This document shows, piece by piece, positions 27,405 through 39,600 of a stretch of DNA of 64,000 nucleotides (positions are counted from its first letter, which is position 1; each line of letters starts with the position of its first letter). A program made the translations under genes and the position numbers. Under the pieces are notes generated by a model. It did not search any database, was not told where the DNA came from, and was given only the letters and a program-made list of their open reading frames with translations. Source of the DNA: Amphiscolops sp. MND2022 (taxonomy: Eukaryota); contig OZ076412.1 of assembly GCA_964187785.1 (NCBI GenBank), forward strand, positions 16,616,001 to 16,680,000, in the 5' to 3' direction.

Positions 27405-30400
27405 TTTGGTCCGCCGACCCGAACTAGAAGAAGAAGACGAGGACAAAGACGACTCGTTGGTGGACAACTGAGAAGACTGCCCAAGAAGAACAAGTGTCTG
27501 GATCTTGGAGTCTCTAATTTTGTGTCTCTGGGAGATTGGGCTGCTGTGTCTCTGGGAGATTGGGCTACTGTGTCTCTGGGAGATTCGGAAACTGTGTCTC
27601 TGGGAGATTGGGCTACTGTGTCTTTGGGAGTTTGGGCTACTGTGTCTCTAGGAGATTGAGCTACCGTGTATCTGGGAGATTGGGCTATTGTGACTTTGGG
27701 AACTGAGTTCAATCAAAACAAAAAGAGATAGCTGAATGAAAGAGAATTGATTACAAAAGAATCGACAACCATTTGAAGAGCTTTATGGACAAGCCACAAC
27801 ATGAAGGCAATTCAAATGTTTGAGGCTAAAGTGGATACAAGATTTGCTGACCAGCGCAAAGTCAACGTGACAAAGGAGCACCTTGCAGATCTTCTGCCAA
27901 ACCGGCAAGACTTACTGACCAGATTGGAGAAGCTCTTCGCGGCGAACAAAGCGCTCCTGAATGCCAAGTTATTCCAGCCAGAATGGACTGGTAATAAAAG
28001 CGACAGGTTATCCAGGTATCGTGATGAATTAACGTCCTTGAAAGGAAGAAGTAAAAACATTGGTCAGATGATCACAATGATGCGAAGCCTAAAATCCGAA
28101 GGAGAGTTGAAGGATTTCCTACAGCTTCAAAACTCCAAAGAGAACTGTGATGAAAAGATTGACAAAAACGAAGATGATATCGAAAAGAACCGAGATGCGC
28201 TTTGCAATTCAGAGGATTACAAAACATTGTTAGAAAAAGAAGTTCTCGAGCGGAGAGCTGAAATTGTAGTTGAAATGAATGGGATGTTGAAACCTGGTGG
28301 AGATTCGTCGATCTACCGTGAACTGCACTGCATGGAAAGAATCTTACCCCGTGGCCATGTGAATTGGCAAGAGCAACACTTGAAGTCCTGTGACACTTCA
28401 CCACAGAAGGAGCCACAACCAGACGATTAGCAAAAAAAGACAATGGTCATAACGCGGATGACAGCCAAGAGCCACAAAGTGGGTCTAGATCAATGCCAAT
28501 AGAAGAGTTGAGCATAATTTCGCAAGGTGGAAAGAACAAAAGCAACAAACCCCCAGTGTTTTCAAAAACATCAAGTGTAACACGAATCTTTGATTTGGAG
28601 TGGAAAACTTTGAAAGCTGGAGAAACTCAGACGAGAACGGAACAAAAGGAAATAGCTGACTTGCAAGAAGAGTTGGCTCGCAAAGCTAGAATAGCCGAAA
28701 AGGAAATAGAAAGAGCGAAAGCGTCGAGTAGTTGTAATTCTAGTTTCCGAAGTATCTCACCAGTCGGGCTTCCAGATGACAATCTGACGTAATTTCCGGA
28801 TGGATTGACAGGACAGAAGAAGCTGAAAACGTGGCATCTTCGATAAACGTGCCAACAGGTTACCAGCAAACGTCCGTCTCTGCACCAGTGATTACAGTAC
28901 GATCAACTCATGGAGGGCAATGCTCAGCTTAAGTGAGGGACTTGAAGTCCTCATTGAAACCGGTCCTGTCCACAGAAACCGCTGTTCGAGATATTGGAAA
29001 GATGGAACAAAGACTGTCAAAGGCGCTGGCAGTCAAAGAGCAACAGCGCAACCAGACGTGAATTTTGCCACATGGAAGCCGTCGATCACCCTCAGAGCAG
29101 ACCAGAATCGGTTACAGCCAACGATTGGAGGCATCCATAGTGGTGCATTTCAGGTACCACAGGTTGTGAACACACAGAAGCAGTACCTGCCAAGTCAAGG
29201 GCCAAACATAGCGTCAAATACGCGAGACGACTATTTCATCAGATCCAGCTTGCCAAAACTGAAGCTTGCTGAAATTTCACGTGACCCATTGGAGTGGCCA
29301 GAGTGGTTACAACTATTTCGAGCAATCGTCCACGCAGTAAATATGGTCGACTGTGTAAAGATGAATCACTTGAAAACAATGGTAACGGGCAAATCCAAAG
29401 AGGCGATTGCTGGCCTTGGGTACACCGCTGAGATGTACAATGTGGCGTGGAACGTTCTAATTTGAAACTTTGGAATACCGCAGAGTGTTGCGAATGCTCA
29501 GCTGAAGCGAATATACTCCTTTCCTCCGATGAAACCTCATGATGGTTTGTTTCGGACGTTCCGACACAATTCAACTACTTGGGAGACCTAAACTAAGAGG
29601 GAGTTCTGGGCAGTTTCACAAAGAATTTAACACAGAACATGAAAACGAAGTGGTTCACTCATGTGAAGCAGATGAATCTGTATCAACCTGGACTCGCTGT
29701 GTTCAATGAATGGCTCAAGGATATAGCAGATGTTCAAGAGGAATTGCCTTTGTCTTCAAACCCGAATGCTGATCGCGCGAAGTCGAGCTACAAAGAGAAG
29801 GCAAAAGGCTCCACGTTTGCAACATCAACAACAAACATCAACCGCGAGTGACATATCGAAGTACGCGAGAGTGTATGCTGACAGATGGTAATCATCCAGT
29901 TTGGAAATGCAAAAAGTTCAAGAAAATGAACGTTCAAGAGATAGGACAAAAAGCAAGAAAATTGAGTTTGTGCTTCAAAAGTTCATCAGATGCACACCAA
30001 GCAAGGAACTGTTCTGGCAGACTCTGCAACGTTAATGGTCGCGTAAAACCTCATCACAGATTACTTTACAGACCATAGAAGAACGTGGAACAAAAGTGAA
30101 ATGTCGAAAATGTCGATGAGGTCTCCAACCAGTCATCAATGAAAAGCAGTGGTGTGCTTCCAGTCATTCCAGTAACAATAAGGAGTGGGAGCAAAACACT
30201 GAAAACGTTCGCTTTGTGTGACTCTGGAGCATGCTTGTCCTTTGTGGACGAGAGCCTCATTAAAGCGCTAATTCTGACGGACAGCCAGTGGATTTGAATG
30301 TTGCAGGGATTCATGGTACGTCAGATACTAGTAGCAAACGACTTCGAGTCAAGATTGGAGATCCAGACGGAAAGGTCAATGAAGCTATCATGGCCTGTAG

Positions 30401-32280
30401 TTATACCAACGAGAATGCAGGCAATCGAACGTACAACGTCAAGAAATTGAAGGAAACATATCCTCATCTGTCAGCTTTCAAAGATTCTATCGTCAACTTG
30501 GGAGATGTAAAAATCATCATGGTCCAAGATTGTTATCATTTGCATCATCAGTGAGTCAATTGAAGTCTCTCGAGCGCCGATTGGAAAGGGAAGAGAACTT
30601 GAAACAACGCTACAGAGAGACAAATGCTGTGGACGTACAAAAGGGATTTGTGAGAATTCTGGATGAAGCAGAGCTTGAAAACACTAAATCAGACATTCAG
30701 TGGTACGTTCCGCATCTTCCTGTGCTGCAGCCGAAAAAGCCAGACAAAGTGAGACGAGTATGCAACGCTGCCTCAAAGTTCGGAGGTGCTTCACTTAATG
30801 ATACCTTGATGGCCGGTCCAGACCTCCTACAATCGCTGATAGGAATTATCTTCAGATTCAGGGGGAACAAATTGCCTTGGTAGCAGATGTCGAAGCGATG
30901 CTTCTCCAAGTGAAAGTACCCCCTGTTGATTGCAAAGTGCTCAGTTTTTTGTGGAAAGAAGGCAACACGGAACCTGTCTCTGTGTATCAATATCGAACAC
31001 ACAATTTCGGAGCTACGAGTTCGCCAACATGTGTCAACTATGCTTTGCAGCAAGTCGAAAGAGACTGCGGAGGCGACAATGGGATGGTCACAAGTTTAAT
31101 TACCAGAAATTTCTATATGGATGAATTTGTGAAGTCAGTAGCTTCAGAGGAAGAAGCTCTGGAAGCGTGCAGGATCTTGCGAAAGTCCTTAGCGGACCGT
31201 GGTTTTCAACTAACGAAATGGATTTGCAACTCAGAGAAAGTGATGGAAAAAGTTTCCCCGAAAGATAGATCAGTCGCGCTAAGCAAACCATTCGAAGCTG
31301 AACCCTTGGCACCCTCTATCTTAGGACTCCAGTGGAATGTGGAGTCAGACAGTCTTGAGATTTGCAGCGGTACGGGAAAATAGAAGCCCGCCAAGATTAT
31401 TCAGAGATTTGTTTTATCTCACGTATCCCCTGTGTTTGACCCGTTGGGACTGTTCGCCCCTTTCACAGTCAGGATGAGATTGAAGGAATGTGGAAGAAAA
31501 ATGGGCAATCGTGGGACGAAAAGTTATCTCCAGACGACGAGATAGCATTCAAGGATTGGTCATCGGAGTTGAATCAAATGAATGAAATGTTATCAAGAGA
31601 AAGTATTTATCAAAAAAAGCTGAAGTAGTGGATTCGCATATTTTCGCCAATGCAGTCCTAGGGATGCATTGTTGCCTATGTTCGAGATCAGCAACTGGAG
31701 AATTTGCCTATGTAGTAGGGAAATGCCGAGTAGCGCCAATGAAGCAACAATCAATTCCCCGACTAGAGCTACAAGCAGCTATGTATGGAACCCGATTGAG
31801 TATGGAACCCGATTGAAACAACTAATCGTAGACGAACACGACGTTGAAATTTAACGAACATTCTTTGGGACTGTTTCGACGACTGTTTTACAATGATTGC
31901 ATGGAGCTGATCAGAAACAACCGGTGTTTGTAGCAAACAGAGCTGCTGAAATCCTTGACAGTTCAACCATTGATCAATGGAGACCCTAAACCCTGCGGAC
32001 ATCGGAAAAAGAGGAAAATTTGTTCGGAAACTAGAAGAGAGTGAATGACTCACAGGGCCGGCATGGTTTCCAGAGGAAGAAGATGCTTGGCCACAAACTT
32101 CACCACAGTTGTTTCAACAAAAAACAGATGACATCGAACAAGTTTTTGAAGTCGTGTCGTAAGAAAAAGACTTAGATTGGGAGAAGTTCGGTTCTTTCAG
32201 AAGAATGACACGAAGCTTCACCTACTGTTTTCGGTTCCAATCTAAAATCAAAAAAGTCAAGAAGTGCAGAAGAATTGCAG
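27405..32280 (+). mobile_element. BEL/Pao 5' half (gag, protease, RT, RNase H), decayed
   Basis: LPKLKLAEISRDPLEWPEW (gag), ALCDSGA (protease), WYVPHLPV..KVRRVCNAA, GPDLL, NFYMDEFV (RT), VVGKCRVAP..IPRLELQAA (Pao RNase H). Confidence 0.92.
27521..27706 (+). repeat. 24-bp minisatellite, ~7.7 copies, in the BEL leader
   Basis: Unit TGTGTCTCTGGGAGATTGGGCTAC repeated with few substitutions. Confidence 0.95.
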
Positions 32281-34350
32281 CAAGTCATCCAAATGCTACT
32301 GCGAAAAAGCCAGATGGAAAGCTTTGGTCCGCATGTCAAGTACTCCAATGGCAGCCATCCAGTCATTTGAAAACTTCTCCGATTGCTCGCTGGAAAATTT
32401 CCGCTGAATTTTCAATCCTTGTTGTAGAGAAGTGACTCAAATTAGGCCTCGGGTTGTATTCACTGTACATACATGCTGTCACTTTTCATCAAGTGGAATT
32501 TGACAATAAGCATTTCATAGATCATATTTCGCGTAAAATTTAGCGCCTGACACTTTTGAGAAAATTGTTTCACTAGAATGGAGGGGGTAGGCTTCGGTAT
32601 TATTTTTATCTTTCACATGTACTTTGTAGTCAGCAAAAATTTGTAGTTTGTCACCTTCTTTCACCCACACAACCGGAAAACAGTTATCTACATCATCGTC
32701 TTCAACCTGCTCAATAATTCCTAACATGAGTAGTTTATCAATGGTTTTATTGCCTTTTCGTTCAAGTGGCAACAGTCCGTTCCGTGCCGCGCCAAATAGC
32801 ACAGTGTTTCATTTTCTTGGAAGCTTTAGCGCCCTTCACTGTCGGCAAGTTTTCGATTACTTCTGCTTTGAAGCACCGGCTAATGGTTTTTTCGCTATGA
32901 TTTAATATATCAAGTCCTAATAAACTAAAGTTTTTATCAGCATTAACAACAGCAATGTTTACACTTAGTTGTTTGTTACAAAACCAGCTTCGAAACGAAA
33001 ACACCCAAGTAAATCTTTTTATGTTTGTCAAAGGTTTCAATCCTGCGTTCTTTTTTTCAAGTTTCAGTTGCCGAATCTGTTTCCACTTCTTGAGAAAACT
33101 AGCTTCTTGAGAACTAGCGTCAGTAATGCTCCAGTGTCTTTACCATTCATCATATTTTTCTCCATTGTATCATTCCAGATAATTTCGGTATCCCCAACAA
33201 AACACGAATAGTCGGAGCCCTTGTTTTCTTCGATATTGGCTCTTTTTTCAGCAAAGCGGTTCGTTTAATTCAACAACCGACACACTTTTGCGAAACACTT
33301 CGGCTTTTCACAGTTGCTGCAGGACTTGCCAAGGGCTGGACCACTCCTTGGTTCATAACTTGTTCCGCATTTGTAGCATTCTTTGGATTGTTGGAAGTTA
33401 ATTGCTGAGATTTTGCCATTTCCGGTTGTTTTGTCAGTGGCCGTTCCGCGCAAAAGAAACTGTTTCATTAGGTTCTGTGTGTTCGAATTGTACGGTTTGT
33501 TCACATTGCTGAATAACCTACATAATTTTGTCTATTCTAGCGTTCGCGTTTTGTTGAGGATGTTCAGCACTTTTAATTTTTGTTCAGAACTTTGTAACCC
33601 AGCAATGAAGCCTAAAGGTATCATGTAAGCTTGCAGATCAGCAATCATTTTCAAATTACCGAATTCACAATATCGTGCTGCTTCCTTCAGACGTGCCAGA
33701 AATTCTTTCGATGATTCTCCATTCCTCTGGGTGAGAGCCACGAAGTTTGTTTGTTCGGCAATAGCAAGTCATTTTTTCGGCTGCAGGTTTTTCCCCATAC
33801 CGTTTCAATTTCTTTGAATGCCATTGTTTCTACTTTTGTCCGTGCAACAAGCGATTTGAACTTCAAAAGACTTTCCAGGCTGCAACAAAAAAGAAATTGA
33901 TCAGTCACTTGTAACTTGTATCGTTCCAGCTGCCGGAACTCGAGTTTCTTTTCTGACTGACATCGTGTTTTGAATGCATCAATCCAGGCTATAGCAGCTC
34001 CGGGTTCGTGCAGGTTAAGTAGTTTTTTGTCTCAGTGGCATGCATTTCAATCATTCACATAACGAATTGAATATAATATAATGTTCCTTAATTCGATTCA
34101 AATGAAATAATGGTAAAAAATCTTCTGTTTCTTTTGCTATTAATTTTCAAATCAAAAATAAATTACGTCCGCAGGCAGGAAACCATTTGTCGTAAAGTGA
34201 TTTGAAATGAGTTTGTTTCAAACTCAGTTCGATTGAGGTTCTCGTTTTTATTTTTATGGTCCGTACAATACAGTATATAACTTTCAAAAATAGTAGATGA
34301 CACCAGTCAAAACACAAGTCTTTTATGCAGTATTTCATTGAGTTCTTTCA
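32281..34350 (-). mobile_element. Gypsy family 2, 5' half (LTR end, PBS, gag, protease region, RT to LDD)
   Basis: LTR end CACTTTACGACA then TGGTTTCCTGC PBS-like; FLARLKEAARYCEF; CYKCG..CSNCEKPKCFAKVC; GIIEQVE..FPVVWVK; YQIPLDE; HLDDL. Confidence 0.85.
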
Positions 34351-34925
34351 CTAGTTTTTCTATACTATGAAGTATGGGAATGTATGCTTGTAACAGTATA
34401 TTTATATCTTGTTCTAAATACAACTGATTGTAAACGAACGTATGCGTATAATAAAAATGTACATGTACAAGGAGTATACAGTGATGAAACTCAGGAGCTG
34501 ACAGGTACTTTACTGTATAAGTATAATGTCGAATCTCCAATGATCTGAACTTAAATTGTGACGTAATACATAATGTCAAACTGCCCCCTTACGAAGGTTT
34601 GATGAGCGTATATAAGTTTATTGTTTACATGACACTTTAAAGGTAGTTAACACAAGCCAAGTACAAGACAATTTGTTGTTTTGTTTACACTGATCAACCT
34701 CTCTCGCCTTCTTCTATCTCCAATTTTCTACTTTGTTTTCTTATTGGCTTACTCTCTGCCAATCTCTGCTTCCCCTCCGGTTATTCTGCTAGCTGTCTGA
34801 CTGGTCGTTTTGTTTATCCCACTTGTCTACTTCGTTCCCTGTAACAGTTAATGTGTTGTTGGATTTCCATAACGTAATATAAGATTTACGGTTTTGATTC
34901 ACAATACTTTGCGGGTGGTTAGTTC

Positions 34926-36672
34926 GTCATCCAAATGCTACTGCGGAAAAGCCAGATGGAAAGCTTTGGTCCGCATGTCAAGTACTCTAATGGCAGCCAT
35001 CCAGTCATTTGAAAACTTCTCCGATTGCTCGCTGGAAAATTTCCGCTGAATTTTCAATCCTTGTTGTAGAGAAGTGACTCAATTTAGGCCTCGGGTTGTA
35101 TTCACTGTACATACATGCTGTCACTTTTCATCAAGTGGAATTTGACAATAAGCACTTCATAGATCATATTTCGCGTAAAATTTAGCGCCTGACACTTTTG
35201 AGAAAATTGTTTCACTAGAATGGAGGGGGTAGGCTTCGGTATTATTTTTATTTTTCACATGTACTTTGTAGTCAGCAAAAATTTGTAGTTTGTCACCTTC
35301 TTTCACCCACACAACCGGAAAACAGTTATCTACATCATCGTCTTCAACCTGCTCAATAATTCCTAACATGAGTAGTTTATCAATGGTTTTATTGCCTTTT
35401 CGTTCAAATGGCAACAGTCCGTTCCATGCCGCGCCAAATAGCACAGTGTTTCATTTTCTTGGAAGCTTTAGCGCCCTTCACTGTCGGCAAGTTTTCGATT
35501 ACTTCTGCTTTGAAGCACCGGCTAATGGTTTTTTCGCTATGATTTAATATATCAAGTCCTAATAAACTAAAGTTTTTATCAGCATTAACAACAGCAATGT
35601 TTACACTTAGTTGTTTGTTACAAAACCAGCGTCGAAACGAAAACACCCAGGTAAATCTTTTTATGTTTGTCAAAGGTTTCAATCCTGCGTTCTTTTTTTC
35701 AAGTTTCAGTTGCCCAATCTGTTTCCACAGCTTCTTGAGAACTAGCGTCAGTAATGCTCCAGTGTCTTTACCTGTTTTTTGTCTCAGTGGCATGCATTTC
35801 AATCATTCCACATAACGAATTGAATATAATATAATGTTCCTTAATTCGATTCAATTGAAATAATGGTAAAAAATCTTCTGTTTCTTTTGCTATTAATTTT
35901 CAAATCAAAAATAAATTACGTCCGCAGGAAACCATTTGTCGTAAAGTGATTTGAAATGAGTTTGTTTCAAACTCAGTTCGATTGAGGTTCTCGTTTTTAT
36001 TTTTATGGTCCGTACAATACAGTATATAACTTTCAAAAATAGTAGATGACACCAGTCAAAACACAAGTCTTTTATGCAATATTTCATTGAGTTCTTTCAC
36101 TAGTTTTTCTATACTATGAAGTAAGGGAATGTATGCTTGTAACAGTATATTTATATCTTGTTCTAAATACAACTGATTGTAAACGAACGTATGCGTATAT
36201 TAAAAATGTACATGTACAAGGAGTATACAGTGATGAAACTCAGGAGCTGACAGGTACTTTACTGTGTAAGTATAATGTCGAATCTCCAATGATCTGAACT
36301 TAAATTGTGACGTAATACATAATGTCGAACTCCCCCCTTACGAAGGTTTGATGAGCGTATATAAGTTTATTGTTTACATAACACTTTGAAGGTAGTTAAC
36401 ACAAGCCAAGTACAAGACACTTTGTTGTTTTGTTTACACTGATCAACCTCTCTCGCCTTCTTCTATCTCCAATTTTCTACTTTGTTTTCTTATTGGCTTA
36501 CTCTCTGCCAATCTCTGCTTCCCCTCCGGTTATTCTGCTAGCTGTCTGACTGGTCGTTTTGTTTATCCCACTTGTCTACTTCGTTCCCTGTAACAGTTAA
36601 TGTGTTGTTGGATTTCCATAACGTATTATAAGATTTACGGTTTTGATTCACAATACTTTGCGGGTGGTTAGT
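34926..36672 (-). repeat. Tandem duplicate of 32284-34925 with ~0.9-kb internal deletion
   Basis: GTCATCCAAATGCTACTGCG restarts at 34926; both copies end GGGTGGTTAGTTC; copy 2 lacks about 33145-34025. Confidence 0.9.
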
Positions 36673-39600
36673 TCGTTGTTGTTGTCTTGGTTTGTGTTTT
36701 CTATTTGTTCAATTTTTGTTAAATCAATTTTAACGTTTTTGTCAGTTAAGGTTATGACATTTGGGTCTTCTTCCGTTGTGGGGGTTGCATTGTTTTGTAT
36801 TTCTCCTGATTCGTTTAGATTCTCCAGATACATCTGTAAATTGGGTTGTAATGGTGATCTTTGAATATTTCGGTCTCTTACCAACTTTCTCTTTCTGAGC
36901 TTGCTTTTGAGGCTTGCTTCTGTTTGACTTGTCGTAGTTGTTTCTAATACGCTCTCCTCCAGAATTGGGGTGCTCTCCCTAATTGGTTGTTCCACGTGTT
37001 CACTTGCTTCTGGTTGGATGGGCATTGCTGTGAATCGACCGTCCCGTCTTCTTGAGTTTTCTCATCGTTTGGATAGTGGGTTCTGAAGTGAATATTTTGG
37101 CGGATTCCTTACTCTTTTCAGGTCTATTATTTTGTTTTCAATTGTTGTAATTGTGTGTTTTGTTCCAGCTATTTGTGGTTTAGTGTCGTATGCACTCCCG
37201 AATTTCTTTTTATTTACTTTCTTTTCTAGCAAAAGGTATGGAAATTTGTTAACAACGTCTTTCTTTAGCTTTGGTGGTGCTTTCATCACTAGTTCGTCGT
37301 GTTGTCCCTCGTTGTTTGCAAATGTGTATACTTGCAAGGTTTCCAGTTTCACTGAAATCGCATCAGTTTTAACGTTAGGTGGAAGGTTGAGGTAGTTCGT
37401 TAGTTCCGTTCTAGATTTTCATCCAAAGTGTCGTTCGAAAAGAGTTTCTTTAATGCTTGAGTGGACCGTTGTTCTCATTACGTTTAACGAACGGCTTAGT
37501 GCTTCATTAATTATGCAACCATCCCATAAATTTGCGCGCATGTAATCTTTCAGCGTTTCATTTCCCCTTTCTACCAGACCGGTTGGCGTATGTATATACG
37601 GTGTTCCGTATATTTATTTAATCTCCATCTTTTTACAAAAGTCTGTGAATTCTTTTCCAGTCAAGGCCGTGCCTTTGTCTGTTCTTTTGGTTTGTGGTAC
37701 ACCATTCCGACTTATATATTGTTCTAAAAGGCTTTTTGCCGTTCTGCTTTCACAACTACACGCTGCAAGCTATCTACTGTATCGGTATATTGATACTAAC
37801 ATGAAAAAACGTTTGTTTAAATCTTATTGGTTCGATGAAATCCAATTCGATTCCTTGATTGGATATTTCGGTTGGTGGTAAATAATTAACCTCTGTCATT
37901 GGTAATTGTGGCCCAATGCTCTTACCTGTCATTTTGCAGGGTAAACATTCGTCGCAATTTTGTTGGGTATCTTTGCTCATCCTTGGCTACCAAAATAGTT
38001 TTGCTGCGCGTGACATCTTGTTGATCGAAGGAGGTCCTGTGTGAAGTAATGTAATTACAGTGCTTCTCAGACTTTTTGGCACTATTGTTTTGTCACCGTA
38101 AAACATTACTCCGAATCATGTCGATATGTTTATGGTAAACTGTTTGTATTCGTCTGGGACTTGTCTTGTTGTTTTCCGTTCCAGGCAGACTGAAGTGTTT
38201 AGTAATTTGTCGTCGTTTGTTGTTTCCATAGCGATCATTTCTAAGTCTGCTGAAAAATTTTGTTCAGCCTGCCTTATCGTTTCTTCTTGGTTCCTTTCGT
38301 TGTTTTCTTGTACGTGACTGGCTTGGCCAGTTGAATGTATCCGATTCCTGTTGCTCCCAGATACTTTTTGAAATTTATTGCAGGTACATCCATCGAGTTG
38401 TTTGAACTGCTGGATGTTGTTTCTTCGCTGTAATCCTACGTTTCTTCCATTTTCGCGTTTTCACTAGTCCCTTGTTCGTTTGTATTGTTTTGGATTGGTG
38501 TATTTCTGATTTTCGATCACTCTGAACAGTTCTTCTCGTCTGCTTTTTTCTTAAGGGATTTTTTTGATATGCCGTTCCATTTTCTTCCAGATGAGTCTAT
38601 TTATTTCCTGGTAAATTTCCATTTCGATTCGTTTGTTTTACATTTTGTGAAATTGTGGGGGGTTACATCTCTTCCATACGCCATTTTTCATTTTATAACC
38701 GTTCGATTTTAGTAATTTTTTCCATCTGGTAGGTACTGCGAGTGTTTCTGCTGTTGGATTTTCTCTTTCCAAATGTTCGATCTTTCTGTAATCCATTTTG
38801 ATTTTGTTTTGTTTGGTAGCGTTAATGAGTGAGACTTTCTGTTTAATTGATAGCAACTGACTGCGTTCGTTCGTTTTGTCGTGGCTTGACTTTGGTTTAT
38901 TTTGCTATCAGTTCTCTAATTGGTCGGATTTCTGTTCACGCCTTTAAGTGGTCTGTTTTTTCGTCCTCGACTCGTTAATGCTGCCGTGATTATTGATGAA
39001 CTCAAATAATGGTTTTATGCAATTAATTACGTACTCTTCGTCGTAAATATCTATTGGTTCTGGTTTTGCCAATGGATTTCTCCTCAGGAAATCCGTTAGT
39101 CCCAAGTGTTTGCCGGCAACGTGTTTCGTTTCGTTGTCAAAATGTGGTAATCTGTCTAACCAGCGTGTAAATCTCGCGCCATATGTTTTGTTTGATCATC
39201 TAGTTCATTGTATTAATGGTTCGAGCGCTTGATGATCTGTCAATAGTTCTATTGGTCGTCCATAAATGTGAAGTCTGAAATGCTCCAATCCCCACACTAT
39301 TGCGAGAAGCTCCAATTCGTTTATATCGTATTTCTTCTTGGTGTCCGATATGAACCTACTTGCGTATCCGACTGGTTTTAAATTACCATCTTTCTGTCGT
39401 TGCCACAGTGTTACTTCCAATCTTTTCGTACAGGCATCCGTTGTTAAGATACTTTCGTTATTCACTTTATAATGTGCTAGACAGGGATTATTCGGTATAT
39501 GTTCTTTTAGCTTATTGAATGCGTTGATGGACTCTTCCGTCCAGATCCATTTGTTTTGTTTCTTCAACAATTTTCGCAAAAAATCTGTGCTTGCGGATAA

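Noticed and set aside
27521-27706. CRISPR-like array
   Set aside because: Contiguous tandem units with no unique spacers, in a eukaryotic retroelement.
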